From Stylophora pistillata (lineage: Eukaryota): DNA of 63,917 nucleotides. Within the stretch, counting starts at the first letter, position 1; the number at the start of each line of letters is the position of its first letter. This document shows positions 62,299 through 63,917 of the stretch, one piece after another. Where the stretch lies: positions 468,449 through 532,365 of the forward strand of contig NW_019217843.1 in the NCBI RefSeq assembly GCF_002571385.2. Reading direction: 5' to 3'. The notes under the pieces are model-generated. The model did no database searches. It was not told the origin of the DNA and worked only from the letters and a program-made list of their open reading frames with translations. The translations under genes and the position numbers were made by a program.

Positions 62299-62906
62299 CG
62301 GTATCGCCACCACAAAGCCGGCTTTATGTGGCCAGAGAACTTAGCCTGGAAATCTATTTCACCCATGGCAAGATCTGCATAACTGCAGGCGTTCTTAGGG
62401 CCCATGGCTGTGCCATGAACCTGTAGAAAGAAGTTTTCTCTGAACACCGAATGATTGCTCTTCAAACAAATTTTAACCGCTTCTGAAATGCAATTAGTGG
62501 ATGGAAGCTTATTTTCTCTGGCATTCAGTGCCCTCTTCACTGCGGTAAGACCGAGTTGATTATCAATGTTAGGAAACATTGAGACAACATCCCATGAAAC
62601 CAATAGAGTGCCTTCGGGGAAAGGGCCATTCCGATTAAGCTCCTCAATCCTGTTGAGCAGATCGGTGGTGTCTTTAATGAACGATGGTAATTTACGAGCC
62701 AATGGTCGCAGGTAAAATTCAGTGAAGGCCGAAAGATTTTCTATTGCCGTACCGCAGCACGACGTGATGAGCCTAAGTGGATTCCCTGCCTTGTGGGTTT
62801 TGACATTTTCGAAGCCAACCCCTGGTTTAGCTTCCTTGTTAATTATCCAATTAGCTATGTGGTTTGAAATTTACCCTTTTCTGTCACACCAGCTCTCAAC
62901 TAAAGT
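62299..62906 (-). mobile_element. Penelope-like reverse transcriptase fragment (second family)
   Basis: KTHKAGNPLRLITS, LPSFIKDTTDLL, LVSWDVVSMFPNI, QVHGTAMGPKNACSYADLAM, WWRYR running into the gap. Confidence 0.9.
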
Positions 62907-62928
62907 AAAAAAAAAATGTCTACATTTG

Positions 62929-63917
62929 ACTTTAGTTGAGAGCTGGTGTGACAAATTGGTAATGCGGCGAGCATTAAAAAATCTCAAAGAATTGTTAGCA
63001 CCATCTCGTTTTAAAACTGCCAGCGAGAGACAAACCATTCCTCATAACAATGACTGCTTTAAATGCGACAGGAAAAGATGCGACCTCTGTCAGAATTTCT
63101 TTGTTGAATCTAAATCATTTCTCAGCTTTCAGAGGGGCAAAAATTACACCATTCACTCTAGACTTTCCTGTGACTCTTAAAAATGTGATTTACTTGGCTT
63201 CCTGTAAGAAATGTCGCCTGCAATACGTGGGATCTACTACCACCGACTTTAAAGTGAGATTTCGAAATCACAAATCTACTATGCTCACAAACAAAACAAC
63301 TTGTGAAGTAGCCGGAAACACTTCAACAAAACCCCACACACCCTGGACGATTTTTCGTTCCAATGCATTGATCAGGTACAGGCCCCTAGTGGCTCTGCAG
63401 AGATCGATAGGCTTTTAATCACAAAAGAGGCTTATTGGAGTGCTCAGTTGTTCTCTTTGGCACCCCATGGTTTGAATAAAAGAAAGGAATTTCATTCGAA
63501 AAATAGAATTTGCTATAATTAATTTTCCATCTTATATTAGGCGCTACTAATTGATCGTTCAAAGGCCCTTTTCTTGGATTTTGTCGGCCCTTTAGGTGTG
63601 GATTGGACTCAGAGGCCCTGCCAAGGGATCTTATTATGATTAGTATCATTTAAGGGCCCCTCCAGGGATTTTGTTGCTAATTTGCCCTTTCGGGCTCCAA
63701 AGGCCTTGTTTTGGGATTTTGTTACGGTTTACAGTTGTAGTTAAAAGTGGGCCTTCCGTTTTTTAATGCTTGCCGCATTGCTTCTTTGCAATTGGTTACG
63801 CCACTCATATTAACATATTTAGTATCCTTATCTCTTAGTTTTTAGGGTTTGTTTCTTGTATTTTGTCCATTGCTTTCTTTGTAATTAGGTTTTTTGTTTA
63901 TTAGCACCAGTTCATTA
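62929..63917 (+). mobile_element. Penelope-like GIY-YIG endonuclease region and 3' UTR/pseudo-LTR, inverted relative to the adjacent RT
   Basis: KNLKELLAPS, CFKCDRKRCDLC, NVIYLASCKKCRLQYVGSTTTDFKVRFRNHKS, REAYWSAQLFSLAPHGLN; contains a stop and a frameshift. Confidence 0.88.

Noticed and set aside
61668-62702. Long ORFs of 204-344 aa in the ORF track
   Set aside because: Their length comes from reading through the N gap; only the Penelope RT part is real.

Overview
AT-rich eukaryotic (animal) genomic DNA with GT-AG introns. The repeat content (Penelope-like elements with minimal hammerheads, Nin-type tRNA SINEs, many palindromic MITEs) suggests an anthozoan or stony coral, which is an inference. 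The left end holds a complete 9-coding-exon peroxisomal ABC half-transporter gene (ABCD1/ABCD2-like, minus strand, 931-8407, 729 aa by my splice reconstruction). Divergent from it is a head-to-tail array of four paralogous 9-exon genes for secreted DD3-3-like proteins. Copy 1 (16302-22071) is intact. Copy 2 (25919-31771) is intact except that exon 8 needs a weak GC donor. Copy 3 (35605-48293) is a TE-riddled pseudogene. Copy 4 (54735-59214) has one frameshift in exon 5 and an apparently duplicated promoter/first exon. Intergenic and intronic DNA carries nested MITEs, LINE 3' fragments, modular SINEs, Penelope-like fragments and four minimal hammerhead-ribozyme motifs. There is a 562-nt N gap and several single-N joins. 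All exon boundaries were read by eye; no database search was run.
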